DNA of 64,000 nucleotides from the NCBI GenBank assembly GCA_023459055.1, contig JAEWVR010000019.1, forward strand, positions 38,480-102,479, given 5' to 3'. The DNA is from Fibrobacterota bacterium. Lineage in GTDB: Bacteria > Fibrobacterota > Chitinivibrionia > Chitinivibrionales > Chitinispirillaceae. Below the pieces are notes generated by a model. The model was given only the letters and a program-made list of their open reading frames with translations, searched no databases and was not told where the DNA came from. Position numbers and translations under genes: made by a program. Numbering within the stretch: the stretch's first letter is position 1; each line of letters starts with the position of its first letter. Of the stretch, positions 39,964 through 50,154 are shown piece by piece.

Positions 39964-40667
39964 CTGCTACCTCCTTTTGAATCCTCAACGTGAAGTATAT
40001 CTTTTGTTAGTTTTATTTCGTAAAGATCTTTTTCCTTGTCATAATGCACAACAAATGCATCATCCCCTTTATGGATAATTGTGCCATCAACACTTTTTAC
40101 ATTAATACGAATAGGTGCACCATCACGTTCAATCTCAGCCTGACCGATCCTGCCAGGTTGAACATCAGTTATCAAGGTGCATACTTTGTTGACAATCTGA
40201 ACAGGTTGAGCGATCCCTTTCAGTTCACGAAAGAATTTCCTGAATGGTGATGTAATCGCTTTTGTAATAAATGCGGCCAATAAAATTGCGGGTAATTGAA
40301 TCACTCCACTTAACAAAACAGTGAGATCAAAGCTAAGTTGAAGCCCAACGGCTATCGCCCACCAGAAAAGCGTGATAAAACTGAACAGAAGCATCACGGG
40401 AACATCGCGAAGGTTTAAAAAAACCAGAATTCCCTGCCCAATACCTTCAGCATCCACATCAGTGTCAAGATCAGCATCAAAATCAAAATGTGCGTCAAGA
40501 ATATTATGCTCTATCCCACCAATAACAACCGTTAACCAGTAAAGCAGCGCAAGAACCAGAAGTATTGATGGTACAACATTAAAACCAAAAATAGATGCGG
40601 TAAAAATTTCTAACAAAATGTAATCCTGATGATAGCGTTTACAATCATAAGCAGCACATATGATCAC
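39960..40667 (-). CDS. NfeD-like membrane protein (short form: TM helices + C-terminal OB-fold)
   Basis: Multiple N-terminal TM helices. The C-terminus 'VCTLITDVQPGRIGQAEIERDGAPIRINVKSVDGTIIHKGDDAFVV' follows the NfeD OB-fold pattern. It overlaps the flotillin start by 4 bp, the classic NfeD-SPFH operon arrangement. Confidence 0.7.
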   Translation of the reverse strand: MIICAAYDCKRYHQDYILLEIFTASIFGFNVVPSILLVLALLYWLTVVIGGIEHNILDAHFDFDADLDTDVDAEGIGQGILVFLNLRDVPVMLLFSFITLFWWAIAVGLQLSFDLTVLLSGVIQLPAILLAAFITKAITSPFRKFFRELKGIAQPVQIVNKVCTLITDVQPGRIGQAEIERDGAPIRINVKSVDGTIIHKGDDAFVVHYDKEKDLYEIKLTKDILHVEDSKGGSR

Positions 40668-40787
40668 GGCTAACGCGAACTGGCTGCTTAGAAAACTTAA
40701 TGATTTTTTTAATATAATAGAATTGGAAAATACAATGCAATATCGTAACAGTCTTTTTAAAACAAAAAAGAGTCCACCTGATATTGT

Positions 40788-41630
40788 TCAGCAATAGTTG
40801 ACAAACAATGCAGTTCCCACCATTGTCATGTCAGTAATCGTTGTAAATTCAAAATCAACATATTTACTGATAATATCCCAATCACCTCCGGTACAAACAA
40901 TCCTGAAGTTTTTTGATTCCCTGCGTTTGAATCCCAAGATGATTTTATTCATTGCACCGCTGACACCGAGGATAACACCAGCTTTGATACACTCCTCTGT
41001 TGAAAGTCCCGGATAGTCTATCGTGCTATCCAGTATTGTATCGAGCAACGGTAATGCATCAGTATTCTGATTGAGACTGGCAAATTGTGTCCGTATGCCA
41101 GGAATAATCGCACCACCCCGAAACGTTGCATTCTGTAAGACATCAATGGTTACTGCTGTTCCCGCACTGACAAGTATTGCATCCGCACCATTAAATGCTG
41201 TATATGCAAATAATGCATTCGCAAGCCTGTCAGTCCCAAGCGTTTCCGGTTTCCGGTAGCTTACCTCAAAAGGTAATTCCGGAGTGTACGAAGCAATCGA
41301 TATATTTCCGGGAAATAGCTCATCAAGTTTTGACTTTGCTATACCGGTGTACTTTTTTATTACACTTGAAATCACGATCTGTGCACAGTATGAACGGTCA
41401 TATCGTTCGAAAATTTCGATAACCGTTGAAACGAGTTGATCCCGAAATGTGCTCGATTCAATGTTTCTAACTGCGATACACTTAAGTTTTTCCATATCGA
41501 CAACACCAAAATGAGTCCTGGTATTTCCGATGTCAATTGCAAGTGTAAATTTACTTTTTACAGCACTATCCATATTAAATCCGATTATTGAATGTACACG
41601 TTCCGGAAGCGACTTCAATACACTTTCCAT
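40788..41630 (-). CDS. coaX: Type III pantothenate kinase
   Basis: 'FTLAIDIGNTRTHFGVV' and ASKHA-fold motifs. Adjacent to and overlapping a birA-like gene, which is the classic birA-coaX linkage. Confidence 0.8.
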   Translation of the reverse strand: MESVLKSLPERVHSIIGFNMDSAVKSKFTLAIDIGNTRTHFGVVDMEKLKCIAVRNIESSTFRDQLVSTVIEIFERYDRSYCAQIVISSVIKKYTGIAKSKLDELFPGNISIASYTPELPFEVSYRKPETLGTDRLANALFAYTAFNGADAILVSAGTAVTIDVLQNATFRGGAIIPGIRTQFASLNQNTDALPLLDTILDSTIDYPGLSTEECIKAGVILGVSGAMNKIILGFKRRESKNFRIVCTGGDWDIISKYVDFEFTTITDMTMVGTALFVNYC

Positions 41631-42321
41631 CTATGTTCAGCCAGGCAATCCCGTTTTCATCAACATGATCAAGTGTACCGCACTTTCCATCAATTGTGAC
41701 ATTTTGTCCTCTGCCGTAAAGATATTCATTATAGTCATGATTCAAGTGCTTTCCAGTCATTTGAATATTTTTGTCAAATTCTTCGACAACATTCCTGAGT
41801 GTCGTCCCGATGGTCTGACAGCTTCCTGTTTCTGCAAGCATTGTCGTATACTGTTCTTCAAGTCCACTTTTGATCTGATCAGGAAAAACATTAATTAGCA
41901 ACTCAAAGCCAATAATTGCAACATCATTCTCGTCTGGAAAAGGTTCACCTCTGATGAATCCAACAATTTTATTATTACACCACAATTCATTTGGCCAGCC
42001 GATCATAACATTATTACTATCAATACATTGGCCAAGCACCTCCTGTATTGCAAGCGCAGCAGCCTGCATATAAAATGCAAGCGGACGTCCGTTATGAAGC
42101 CGTACCACAAAACTGACCCAAAATCCGCCACGGGTATCTTTGAGGATTTCATAGTCCGATGTAAGCATATCAGCCTGAAATACATAAAAACCTTTTGATG
42201 GTTTTTCTTTTATTCTTTTAGCGACCTGGCTTGTAAGTTCACTTTCAGCATAGCAATATAGTCTTTCCACATATGTCAAGCCGTTCAGTGCATGAGGTAT
42301 CATAACGTATCCTTTATACAA
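41575..42321 (-). CDS. birA: Biotin--protein ligase family (BPL/LPL catalytic domain)
   Basis: 'GWPNELWCNNKIVGFIRGE' resembles the BirA 'KWPNDL...KIAGIL.E' block. 'TRGGFWVS' resembles the GRGRxGRxW loop. There is no N-terminal HTH. Confidence 0.55.
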   Translation of the reverse strand: MYKGYVMIPHALNGLTYVERLYCYAESELTSQVAKRIKEKPSKGFYVFQADMLTSDYEILKDTRGGFWVSFVVRLHNGRPLAFYMQAAALAIQEVLGQCIDSNNVMIGWPNELWCNNKIVGFIRGEPFPDENDVAIIGFELLINVFPDQIKSGLEEQYTTMLAETGSCQTIGTTLRNVVEEFDKNIQMTGKHLNHDYNEYLYGRGQNVTIDGKCGTLDHVDENGIAWLNIDGKCIEVASGTCTFNNRI

Positions 42322-43198
42322 TCAACAGATGAATATCCACTGATGGAGCACTGTGTGTTATGGAGCCACAGGAAATAAAATCAACCCCGGTTTCAGCAAC
42401 AGATGCAATTGATGCCAGTGTTATATTACCACTTGCCTCAAGCTCAATCTTTTTTCCTGATGCACGTATGATAGCAACACATTTGCGCATATCATCAAGA
42501 CTCATATTATCAAGCATTATACGATCGGGTGAATGCACCATTGCTTCTTCAAGTTCGCTGACCGACTGAACCTCTGCCTCGATCTTGAGAGAGTGATCGC
42601 TTCCACGAAACTCAATTGCTTTAGCAAGTGCGTTTCCAACTCCGCCAGCCCGTTTCACATGCGTATCCTTGATTAGTATCATATCAAATAATCCGATACG
42701 ATGATTACAGCCTCCACCATGCACCACAGCAAGCTTTTCAGGAAGGCGTAACATTGGCGTTGTTTTTCTTGTGTCAAGAAGTCGTGCATTTGTATGCGAT
42801 ATAGCTGCAACGTATTTAGAAGTCATTGTTGCAACACCACTCAGACGCTGCAGGAAATTGAGCGCAAGACGTTCACCGGCAAGAATCGTTTTTACTTTAC
42901 CTTTCAGCGTACAGAGAATTGTTCCATGCTGCATTTTTGCGCCATCCTGTACTTTTAGTTCGACCTGTATCGAGCTATCCAGTCTTGTAAACAATGGTTT
43001 AAGCAGGTATACGCCGCTGCAAACACCCTCACATTTACTTCTGATAACAGCATCTGCCATGTCGGAATCCTTAAAAATTGACTCTGTAGTAATGTCACCA
43101 CGATCGCCAAGATCCTCTTTCAGTGCAGCATCAATTAATTGTCCAATTACTTTTTCATCAATGTTCATAAAAAACCCCATACGATTCCACAATACCAT
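42314..43198 (-). CDS. nadC: Nicotinate-nucleotide pyrophosphorylase (quinolinate phosphoribosyltransferase)
   Basis: 'LDTRKTTPMLRLPEKLAVVHGGGCNHRIGLFDMILIKDTH' is strongly NadC-like. Confidence 0.9.
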   Translation of the reverse strand: MVLWNRMGFFMNIDEKVIGQLIDAALKEDLGDRGDITTESIFKDSDMADAVIRSKCEGVCSGVYLLKPLFTRLDSSIQVELKVQDGAKMQHGTILCTLKGKVKTILAGERLALNFLQRLSGVATMTSKYVAAISHTNARLLDTRKTTPMLRLPEKLAVVHGGGCNHRIGLFDMILIKDTHVKRAGGVGNALAKAIEFRGSDHSLKIEAEVQSVSELEEAMVHSPDRIMLDNMSLDDMRKCVAIIRASGKKIELEASGNITLASIASVAETGVDFISCGSITHSAPSVDIHLLIV

Positions 43199-45339
43199 TC
43201 AATAATGTGATCATTTTTATTAATTGCCCTGGTTTGTTTTAATGCATTTTCCATATAGAAATACCTAAATGAACTTTCGAGTGCGATGTTATAAAACAGA
43301 GGATTTGTCTGAAGATCAATTCCGGCCTCTGTCTGCCATGAAACTGCAGGTTTTCCACCAATTGGAAAATACGTACCGTTACGCTGTGTTACATATCCGC
43401 CTGCATATTTTATATACCGTACTAAAGAGTCATTGATACCAATACTTACCTTTATCGAATAGTTAAGCGGAAATGAAGTCTCAATAGAATCAACTACATC
43501 GTTAAATGTATTTCTTTCCACAAAGTTTTGAATATATAATACCGACAGATCAATTCCCTTTACAGGATTAAATCCATACTTTGCCGTCATGCCAATAGCA
43601 CGACGATCTTTTGAGAACATTGAATTTACTGTTTCGATTGTATAATTATGTGTTGTAGTATCATCATTGATAAAATTCCTGTGCATCATGTAAAATTCAT
43701 TGAAAACGCCATTTGATAACCGGCCATTTTCGAGAAATAAACTGAGCCACAGATGTGATTTGTAAAAATCAATGTACAATGATGGCAGCCGCAGAATCCG
43801 TCCATCACTATGTCTTTCATGAACCTTCTGGGCGAACTCTCCAAAGATACGTGCATGAAACTCATAGTTTAACGCAAGATCCAACCCAGCCAGCAGCTCG
43901 ACAATATGTACCTCTTTTTTTTCATGCGCCGGTTTGATAGTATCCCTGAATGCCGGAATACTATACTTATAGTTATCATCATTGACAATTTTGTAGTATT
44001 GATCAAGATCGAAATAATACCCGAGACCAAGATAATAGCTTGATGGTTCATATCCCAGATAGAAACCACCTACATATGGATTAAGTACATCAGCCAGATA
44101 ACCCTTTATTGATACATCATTATTGAACTGTGCATGAGCATTCACTCCAGCCGTATGATAGATAGTGCCACTATGTGAATTTCTGAAATTGTCAACAACA
44201 AGACCGTTTCCATATGTCAGGTCCTTAATACCACCGAGGTTGATAAACAGACTGTCAGCGGAATAGCCAAGTGTAAAATGGTCTATTTTATCAAGCAAGC
44301 CTTCAGCACTTGAAAAGTTCATAGTAACATGATCCAGCTGTTCCCTGTATAAACCAAAGCGTAGTCCGAAATCGATAAATTTATAATTCATTGCACCGGT
44401 CAACATGTAAGCGCTATATGTCTGATCATTACCAGTCCCCTGTAATGTGCCCAATGTAAACCGTACCTTTTTTCTTGTGACATTATTTACTGTGGAGTAA
44501 TGTTTATAAAATCCGTATTTATTCACCTGATCATCAATAATACTACCATAGATCTTTTCAACATCAAAGAGAACCTTATACATGTCATCATTTGCCGGTG
44601 ATTGTACGCGGGCAGACAGATTTTTTGATATTGTCAATCTGTTACCCGCTTTTTCCTCTGTAGGTTTAACTCCCGCCTGATCCAACTGAAGCTGAATGTA
44701 TTCATCGCCAAAAAAATGTTTCAGGACGGTGACATGCCTGTTTGTCAGATATAACGCGGCACTTGGTTCCTTATTGGGTAATACCACTGTGGTAAGACCG
44801 GAACGCAGAATCTTTCCTTTACTTTGTGTGATATTTCGAACGTTAACAATACCGTTTATTACCTGAAAACCCGATTCTCCAGTCTTGCCATCAGCAACTG
44901 TTGACAATGTCGCACTATCAGTTTCAGCAACAGCATTGGTAGTAAAGACTCTAAGTTTACAGCCGCGACTTGATATTGTCAAAGCCCCACCGGAAAATAC
45001 CGTCACACTGATTTCAGTATTAATCGAATCCCCTAAACCACGGCTTTTGTAGTCAATCAATGTTTTCGTGTTTGATCCCAGGACAACAATGGTCCCATTT
45101 AATGATAGTTGTAGTTTTGTCTGAAAGTCGGTTTCAAATATGTCACCTGGCTTCACGTGGTCACCGGCAGCAACCTTGTTCCACTGATATTGCTCTGAAT
45201 GTTGCACACTTGCAGAGCCATCAAGTTGCGTAACTGTGAAATTGAGTGCCTGTTGAGAAAAAACCGTTGTTAGCAGTAATAGTTGAATAAAAACTGATTT
45301 CAAGAGAGTCTTTTTTGAAATGATCAGCGCACACATCAT
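43165..45339 (-). CDS. Secreted protein with FecR-like domain and beta-rich C-terminal region (hypothetical)
   Basis: Signal peptide. 'VKPGDIFETDFQTKLQLSLNGTIVVLGSNTKT' is FecR-like. Confidence 0.45.
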   Translation of the reverse strand: MMCALIISKKTLLKSVFIQLLLLTTVFSQQALNFTVTQLDGSASVQHSEQYQWNKVAAGDHVKPGDIFETDFQTKLQLSLNGTIVVLGSNTKTLIDYKSRGLGDSINTEISVTVFSGGALTISSRGCKLRVFTTNAVAETDSATLSTVADGKTGESGFQVINGIVNVRNITQSKGKILRSGLTTVVLPNKEPSAALYLTNRHVTVLKHFFGDEYIQLQLDQAGVKPTEEKAGNRLTISKNLSARVQSPANDDMYKVLFDVEKIYGSIIDDQVNKYGFYKHYSTVNNVTRKKVRFTLGTLQGTGNDQTYSAYMLTGAMNYKFIDFGLRFGLYREQLDHVTMNFSSAEGLLDKIDHFTLGYSADSLFINLGGIKDLTYGNGLVVDNFRNSHSGTIYHTAGVNAHAQFNNDVSIKGYLADVLNPYVGGFYLGYEPSSYYLGLGYYFDLDQYYKIVNDDNYKYSIPAFRDTIKPAHEKKEVHIVELLAGLDLALNYEFHARIFGEFAQKVHERHSDGRILRLPSLYIDFYKSHLWLSLFLENGRLSNGVFNEFYMMHRNFINDDTTTHNYTIETVNSMFSKDRRAIGMTAKYGFNPVKGIDLSVLYIQNFVERNTFNDVVDSIETSFPLNYSIKVSIGINDSLVRYIKYAGGYVTQRNGTYFPIGGKPAVSWQTEAGIDLQTNPLFYNIALESSFRYFYMENALKQTRAINKNDHIIEWYCGIVWGFL

Positions 45340-45571
45340 GCAGACTATTTTCCCATTATTAAGCTAATCTACGCTTCATGTTATTGATTAATAACAAATT
45401 GAACGATATCTGCATAATTGGCAGATATTATTGTATTGAATATACTATAAAGTGATGATTATTAGAAGACTGAAGTGTAAGGTTACTGAGTGATACAAAA
45501 AACCGGATAATCGTTTACCGGTTATTCAATACACAACACAAATAAAACACAATCTGGAAAGGTATGACACG

Positions 45572-46591
45572 TCAGATCGCAGTAACATTATATGTTTCAA
45601 TTTTGCGATACAGCGAACTCAACGATATTCCCAGAGCAAGGCTTGCCTTGTTTTTATCGCCATTGAAATGTTTAAGCGCTGCAAGAATATGGCGTTTTTC
45701 CAATTCCGCAAGATCCCAGGTATCAAATCCAGTTTCTGATTCGTTTCCTACTGGAAGTTCCGGTGCGGAAAAATTTGCTCTTGTCAATTCAGAGCCATCA
45801 GAAAGCAGTATTGCCCGTTCAAGAACATTTTTTAATTCACGGATATTCCCATGCCAGTGATTTCGCACCAGAAGATTAAGCACATCGTTTTGTAAAGGAA
45901 ACTGTGTATAACCGAGACTCTTAAGAATATGCTCGATAAGTGATGGCAGTTCCTCTTTTCTTTTCCGTAATGGCGGGAGATTGATAGGAAACACACAGAT
46001 CCGGTAAAACAGATCAAGACGAAAAGATCCACTTGCAATTGCAGCCATCAAATCACGGTTGGTTGCGCATATCAACCTGAAATTACTATATCGTAAACGA
46101 TCGTCACCAATTCTTCGGAATGATTTTTCCTCAATAAGTTTGAGCAGTTCAGCCTGAACCCCCAGATCCATTTCTCCTATTTCATCAAGAAACAATGTAC
46201 CGCCATCAGCACTCTCGATAAGCCCGGCTCTGTCACGGATTGCAGATGTAAACGCACCGCGAGCATGCCCATAGAGCTCGCTGCGTAGAAGATCTCCCCG
46301 AAGTGATGAACAGTTAAGCGATACAAACGGTCGGCCTTTTCGTGAACTGTTATCATGAATCCAGCGAGCAATAACACTTTTACCGGTTCCCGTCTCACCA
46401 AGCAGCAATACAACCGAGTCCTTTTTTGCAGCAATTTTAGTATGCCCTATACTCTCAACCATTGCAGGACTTGTACCAAAAAATATTGGTGATTGAGGTG
46501 TATGCTGCGACTCGCCTGACTCATTCATGATTACATTCTCCAGTTCTGCAATTTCATCTTTTCCTACAACATAAACATCATGTACATTCAT
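45572..46591 (-). CDS. Sigma-54-dependent transcriptional activator (AAA+ and Fis-type HTH domains only, no receiver domain)
   Basis: 'LLLGETGTGKSVIARWIH', the GAFTGA variant 'GAFTSA', 'FRLDLFYRI', and the C-terminal HTH 'ASLALGISLSSLYRKI'. Confidence 0.8.
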   Translation of the reverse strand: MNVHDVYVVGKDEIAELENVIMNESGESQHTPQSPIFFGTSPAMVESIGHTKIAAKKDSVVLLLGETGTGKSVIARWIHDNSSRKGRPFVSLNCSSLRGDLLRSELYGHARGAFTSAIRDRAGLIESADGGTLFLDEIGEMDLGVQAELLKLIEEKSFRRIGDDRLRYSNFRLICATNRDLMAAIASGSFRLDLFYRICVFPINLPPLRKRKEELPSLIEHILKSLGYTQFPLQNDVLNLLVRNHWHGNIRELKNVLERAILLSDGSELTRANFSAPELPVGNESETGFDTWDLAELEKRHILAALKHFNGDKNKASLALGISLSSLYRKIETYNVTAI

Positions 46592-46944
46592 ACATAATCC
46601 TCCACATTCAGGTGTTTTTAACTAATCTGCGAATACGAAAAGTTAAATGTAGTAATACAACAAGGTCGGATACACCCTGCAATTATCAATAGGAATTAAT
46701 TAAAATAAACTTACAATATTCAAAAATCAACTATCCTTATGTAATAGGTGATTCATATCAATTTATATCTGAAACAGAAATCACGTTGCGATACCATTAA
46801 ACGGATAATGTATTGATGCAACAAAAGGCTCAGCATTTACCAGGATTTCCACAAGATGATTGCATAATGCAGTTCACTATGTTAAGCCTCGTAATTTCAA
46901 TATAGTTAATGTACTCTATATGGCAAACAGGAAATTATATTTTT

Positions 46945-47976
46945 TTATACCCACCCGGTAACGGTTCCAATAAGCGAACTGAGTTCATGTGCTATTTTTT
47001 CATGATCTTTAGCAGATGGATGTCCATAGAGTGAATTATTTTCAGTCTCATATTCGAAATAGTATACACCATTATCTCCCTTTTCCCTGAAGTACTCAAC
47101 AATAGCACGAACTCTGGGGATAAGCGTATCTGCAGGTTTAATCTTAGTTGCACAACAGATAATTTCCACGCCAGGGTGTTTGGCTTTGAGCGACAGGATA
47201 AAATTCTGATAACTACTATCAAATTGCAACGCATCAGCATACGGGGGATCTTCCTGAAAATCATTGATTCCAAGTCCAATCACGATAACATCCGGATGCC
47301 ACGCATAATCCCAGAGCACATCATTTACTGCCGGATTATGTACACTTGTCAAAAGAGTACGCTCGTAATACTTTAAAAATTCCATTCCCTTATCAGACCA
47401 GCCATAGTTTCTGACAATACCTTTGCCGGAAATAGCATTAATATATCGCTCAGCATTAAACATTTCGGCAATAAGACTTCCAAATGATTTACCGGCATTT
47501 GTCATTGAAAACACAATCGAATCTGACTCATCGTTCTCACACTCACGGGATGAATACTCATTTGCATACCCGACAGTATAAGAATCACCAATAAATTCAA
47601 TTTTTCTGCTGTTTTTTTGTGTAATTTTGGAAATTTTTGCATTGTTATCAATAATCACACCATGAAAAACAACTGGCTTGATGAGTGACTCATTTCGTTT
47701 TACAAGCTTGACATAATGCGTTTTATTTTTGAGTTTATCAGCAAGAAGAACTGTCTCTTTTTCAGTAACCGCACAGACAGTATTTACAAATTGATTATCA
47801 ATAAAAAGATCAAACATACATGGCCCATCAATAACAGCCGCACATGACGTACCCGAAAAACCAAAGGAAATGATTATTCCCGGCCAGTCAAACGCTACCT
47901 GATTTATTGTTGTAAAATCACATCTGCCACTGAATGTAAATACATCATTATCACCAGGAACCAGATACCCTGCCAC
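46945..47976 (-). CDS. SGNH/GDSL-family hydrolase (probable carbohydrate esterase) with N-terminal beta-sandwich domain
   Basis: Block I 'FIGDSYTVGYANE'. The C-terminal 'GHPS' block supplies the catalytic His. Confidence 0.6.
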   Translation of the reverse strand: MAGYLVPGDNDVFTFSGRCDFTTINQVAFDWPGIIISFGFSGTSCAAVIDGPCMFDLFIDNQFVNTVCAVTEKETVLLADKLKNKTHYVKLVKRNESLIKPVVFHGVIIDNNAKISKITQKNSRKIEFIGDSYTVGYANEYSSRECENDESDSIVFSMTNAGKSFGSLIAEMFNAERYINAISGKGIVRNYGWSDKGMEFLKYYERTLLTSVHNPAVNDVLWDYAWHPDVIVIGLGINDFQEDPPYADALQFDSSYQNFILSLKAKHPGVEIICCATKIKPADTLIPRVRAIVEYFREKGDNGVYYFEYETENNSLYGHPSAKDHEKIAHELSSLIGTVTGWV

Positions 47977-48060
47977 AGTTATACTCCATTAAAAGAAAAT
48001 CAACATAAAACTGTAGTATTATTAGTTTAACGTTTAGACCATGCACTATACAGGAAAAAA

Positions 48061-48972
48061 TTATTTGCTCAGTTCAAGCATCTTTTTAAGTGAGACCATT
48101 GCCTTTGATGCAATATCACTATCCAGTTTTATTATCTCACCATACGTTCCTTCAAGCGCACGTTTGACATTTTCAAGTTTCCCCTTTTTCATATTAGGAC
48201 ATAAGAGCTCATCTGAGAGAGGAATAAACGTTTTATCAGGATTTTCTTTTCGAAGTGTATGCATTATTCCGAGCTCGGTTGCAATAACAAACACACTATG
48301 ATCGCTATTCTTTACAAATTCGCACATCTGCCCGGTTGACAAAACCTTATCTGCAAGGATACGACAATCATGCTCGGCTTCAGGGTGAATCATAATAATT
48401 GCATCAGGATAATTTTGTCTTGCACGAACAATCATTGATGGTATTATACGCAGATGCGTGGGACAGAATCCATCCCATAAATACATGTTCCGTCCGGTCT
48501 GTTCCTGAACAACTGATCCAAGATGCATATCAGGTACAAAAATGATCCCCTTATCCGGCGGTAATTTCTTTGCAATGGTAACTGCATTTGAACTTGTGCA
48601 ACAAACATCTGAAAGAGCCTTTATTTCAGCCGTTGAATTGACATAACACATAACGATATAGTCTGGGTACTTTTCCTTCAGTTCCCTGAGTTCCTCTTCG
48701 TTAATCATATCCGCCATCGGACAACCGGCATCAGGTTCAGCAAGAATGACTTTTCTTGACGGATTAAGTATGGCAGCGGTTTCTGCCATAAACCGGACAC
48801 CACAGAAAACAATAACATCTGCACTGACTTTGGTTGCCTCGACACTCAAACCGTACGAATCACCAACAAAATCAGCGGCGTCCTGAATTTCACCCGGCTG
48901 ATAGGTATGTGCGAGAACAACTGCATTCTTCTCTTTTTTTAACCGTTCTATATCCTGTAGTAATGAATTCAT
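48061..48972 (-). CDS. nadA: Quinolinate synthase
   Basis: 'AVVLAHTYQPGEIQDAADFVGDS' and NadA-type conservation throughout. Confidence 0.85.
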   Translation of the reverse strand: MNSLLQDIERLKKEKNAVVLAHTYQPGEIQDAADFVGDSYGLSVEATKVSADVIVFCGVRFMAETAAILNPSRKVILAEPDAGCPMADMINEEELRELKEKYPDYIVMCYVNSTAEIKALSDVCCTSSNAVTIAKKLPPDKGIIFVPDMHLGSVVQEQTGRNMYLWDGFCPTHLRIIPSMIVRARQNYPDAIIMIHPEAEHDCRILADKVLSTGQMCEFVKNSDHSVFVIATELGIMHTLRKENPDKTFIPLSDELLCPNMKKGKLENVKRALEGTYGEIIKLDSDIASKAMVSLKKMLELSK

Positions 48973-48981
48973 TATTAATCG

Positions 48982-50154
48982 TTACCTGTTGACGTATGGT
49001 GAAATTTTTCTTAATTTATCAACAATACCGGGCATCACTGCTATAACCTTATCAATCTCAGCCTCAGTTGTAAATCTGCTCAGAGAGAAACGGGTTGAAC
49101 TATGAGCAAAGGTATATGGTATACCCATCGAACGCATAACATGTGATGGTTCAAGGGAACCGGTTGTGCAGGCAGATCCGGATGATGCAGCAATACCTGA
49201 TTCATCAAGATGCAACAGAATCGCTTCACCTTCGATAAATTCAAAGCTGATATTTGTCGTATTTGGTAAACGAGCATCAACACGACCATTCAATTTAGCA
49301 CCGGTACATTTTTCCAGAAGCGCATGTTCGAGTTTATCCCGTAATTTACGCACTGTTGTATTTTCTTCATTAATGTGCTTTGCTGCAAGTTCACACGCTT
49401 TGCCAAGACCCACTATATATGCAACATTTTCTGTTCCGGCTCTGACTCCCTGCTCCTGATGCCCGCCATGAAGTAACGGTGCAAGCATGGTGCCTTTCTT
49501 TATGTAAATTGCACCAACTCCTTTGGGGGCATGAAGTTTGTGACCACTAAGAGCCAGTATGTCAACCATATCTTTCTGCACATCAATGGGAACCTTCCCT
49601 ACTGCCTGAACTGCATCAGTATGCATATACCCGCCACGGGCTTTTACTTCAGCAGCAATTTTCGCAATGGGGAAAATTACTCCGGTTTCGTTATTTGCCC
49701 ACATCAGACTCACGAGTGTATCCGGTGTAATTGATAACGACTCAAACACCGATGTATCAATCATTCCCTCTGAATCAACCCCAAGCTCAACAACACTTAC
49801 TCCGTTGCCTTTCAGATATTTTGCTGTTGAAAGTACAGCTGCATGTTCAACAGCAGAAGTAACAATCGTTGTTTTACTCCCGTGTACCTCTGCGAATCCT
49901 TTAAGTGCCATATTGTCACTCTCTGAACCGCAGCTTGTAAAGAAGACTTCATCCGGTGATGCACCAATCAGGGATGCGACCTGCTCACGGGCATTCTCCA
50001 CATAGCGTTTTACATGTCCGCCAAACCGGTGAATACTCGATGGATTACCATATTTTTCTGTAAAGAACGGCTGCATTGCATCAAGCACTTCAGGATCAAT
50101 GGCCGTTGTTGCATTATTGTCAAGATATACTGTTGTACCCATAGTTAACCTCAA
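48982..50154 (-). CDS. nifS: Cysteine desulfurase (NifS/IscS family)
   Basis: 'SGHKLHAPKGVGAIYIKKG' carries the PLP lysine, and the active-site Cys lies in 'SSGSACTTGS'. Confidence 0.85.
   Translation of the reverse strand: MRLTMGTTVYLDNNATTAIDPEVLDAMQPFFTEKYGNPSSIHRFGGHVKRYVENAREQVASLIGASPDEVFFTSCGSESDNMALKGFAEVHGSKTTIVTSAVEHAAVLSTAKYLKGNGVSVVELGVDSEGMIDTSVFESLSITPDTLVSLMWANNETGVIFPIAKIAAEVKARGGYMHTDAVQAVGKVPIDVQKDMVDILALSGHKLHAPKGVGAIYIKKGTMLAPLLHGGHQEQGVRAGTENVAYIVGLGKACELAAKHINEENTTVRKLRDKLEHALLEKCTGAKLNGRVDARLPNTTNISFEFIEGEAILLHLDESGIAASSGSACTTGSLEPSHVMRSMGIPYTFAHSSTRFSLSRFTTEAEIDKVIAVMPGIVDKLRKISPYVNR

Noticed and set aside
45340-45571. Sigma-54 promoter upstream of the FecR-like gene
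   Set aside because: Only a weak 'TGGCAG-N5-ATTG' is present, on the wrong strand. There is no TGGCAC-N5-TTGC on the coding strand.
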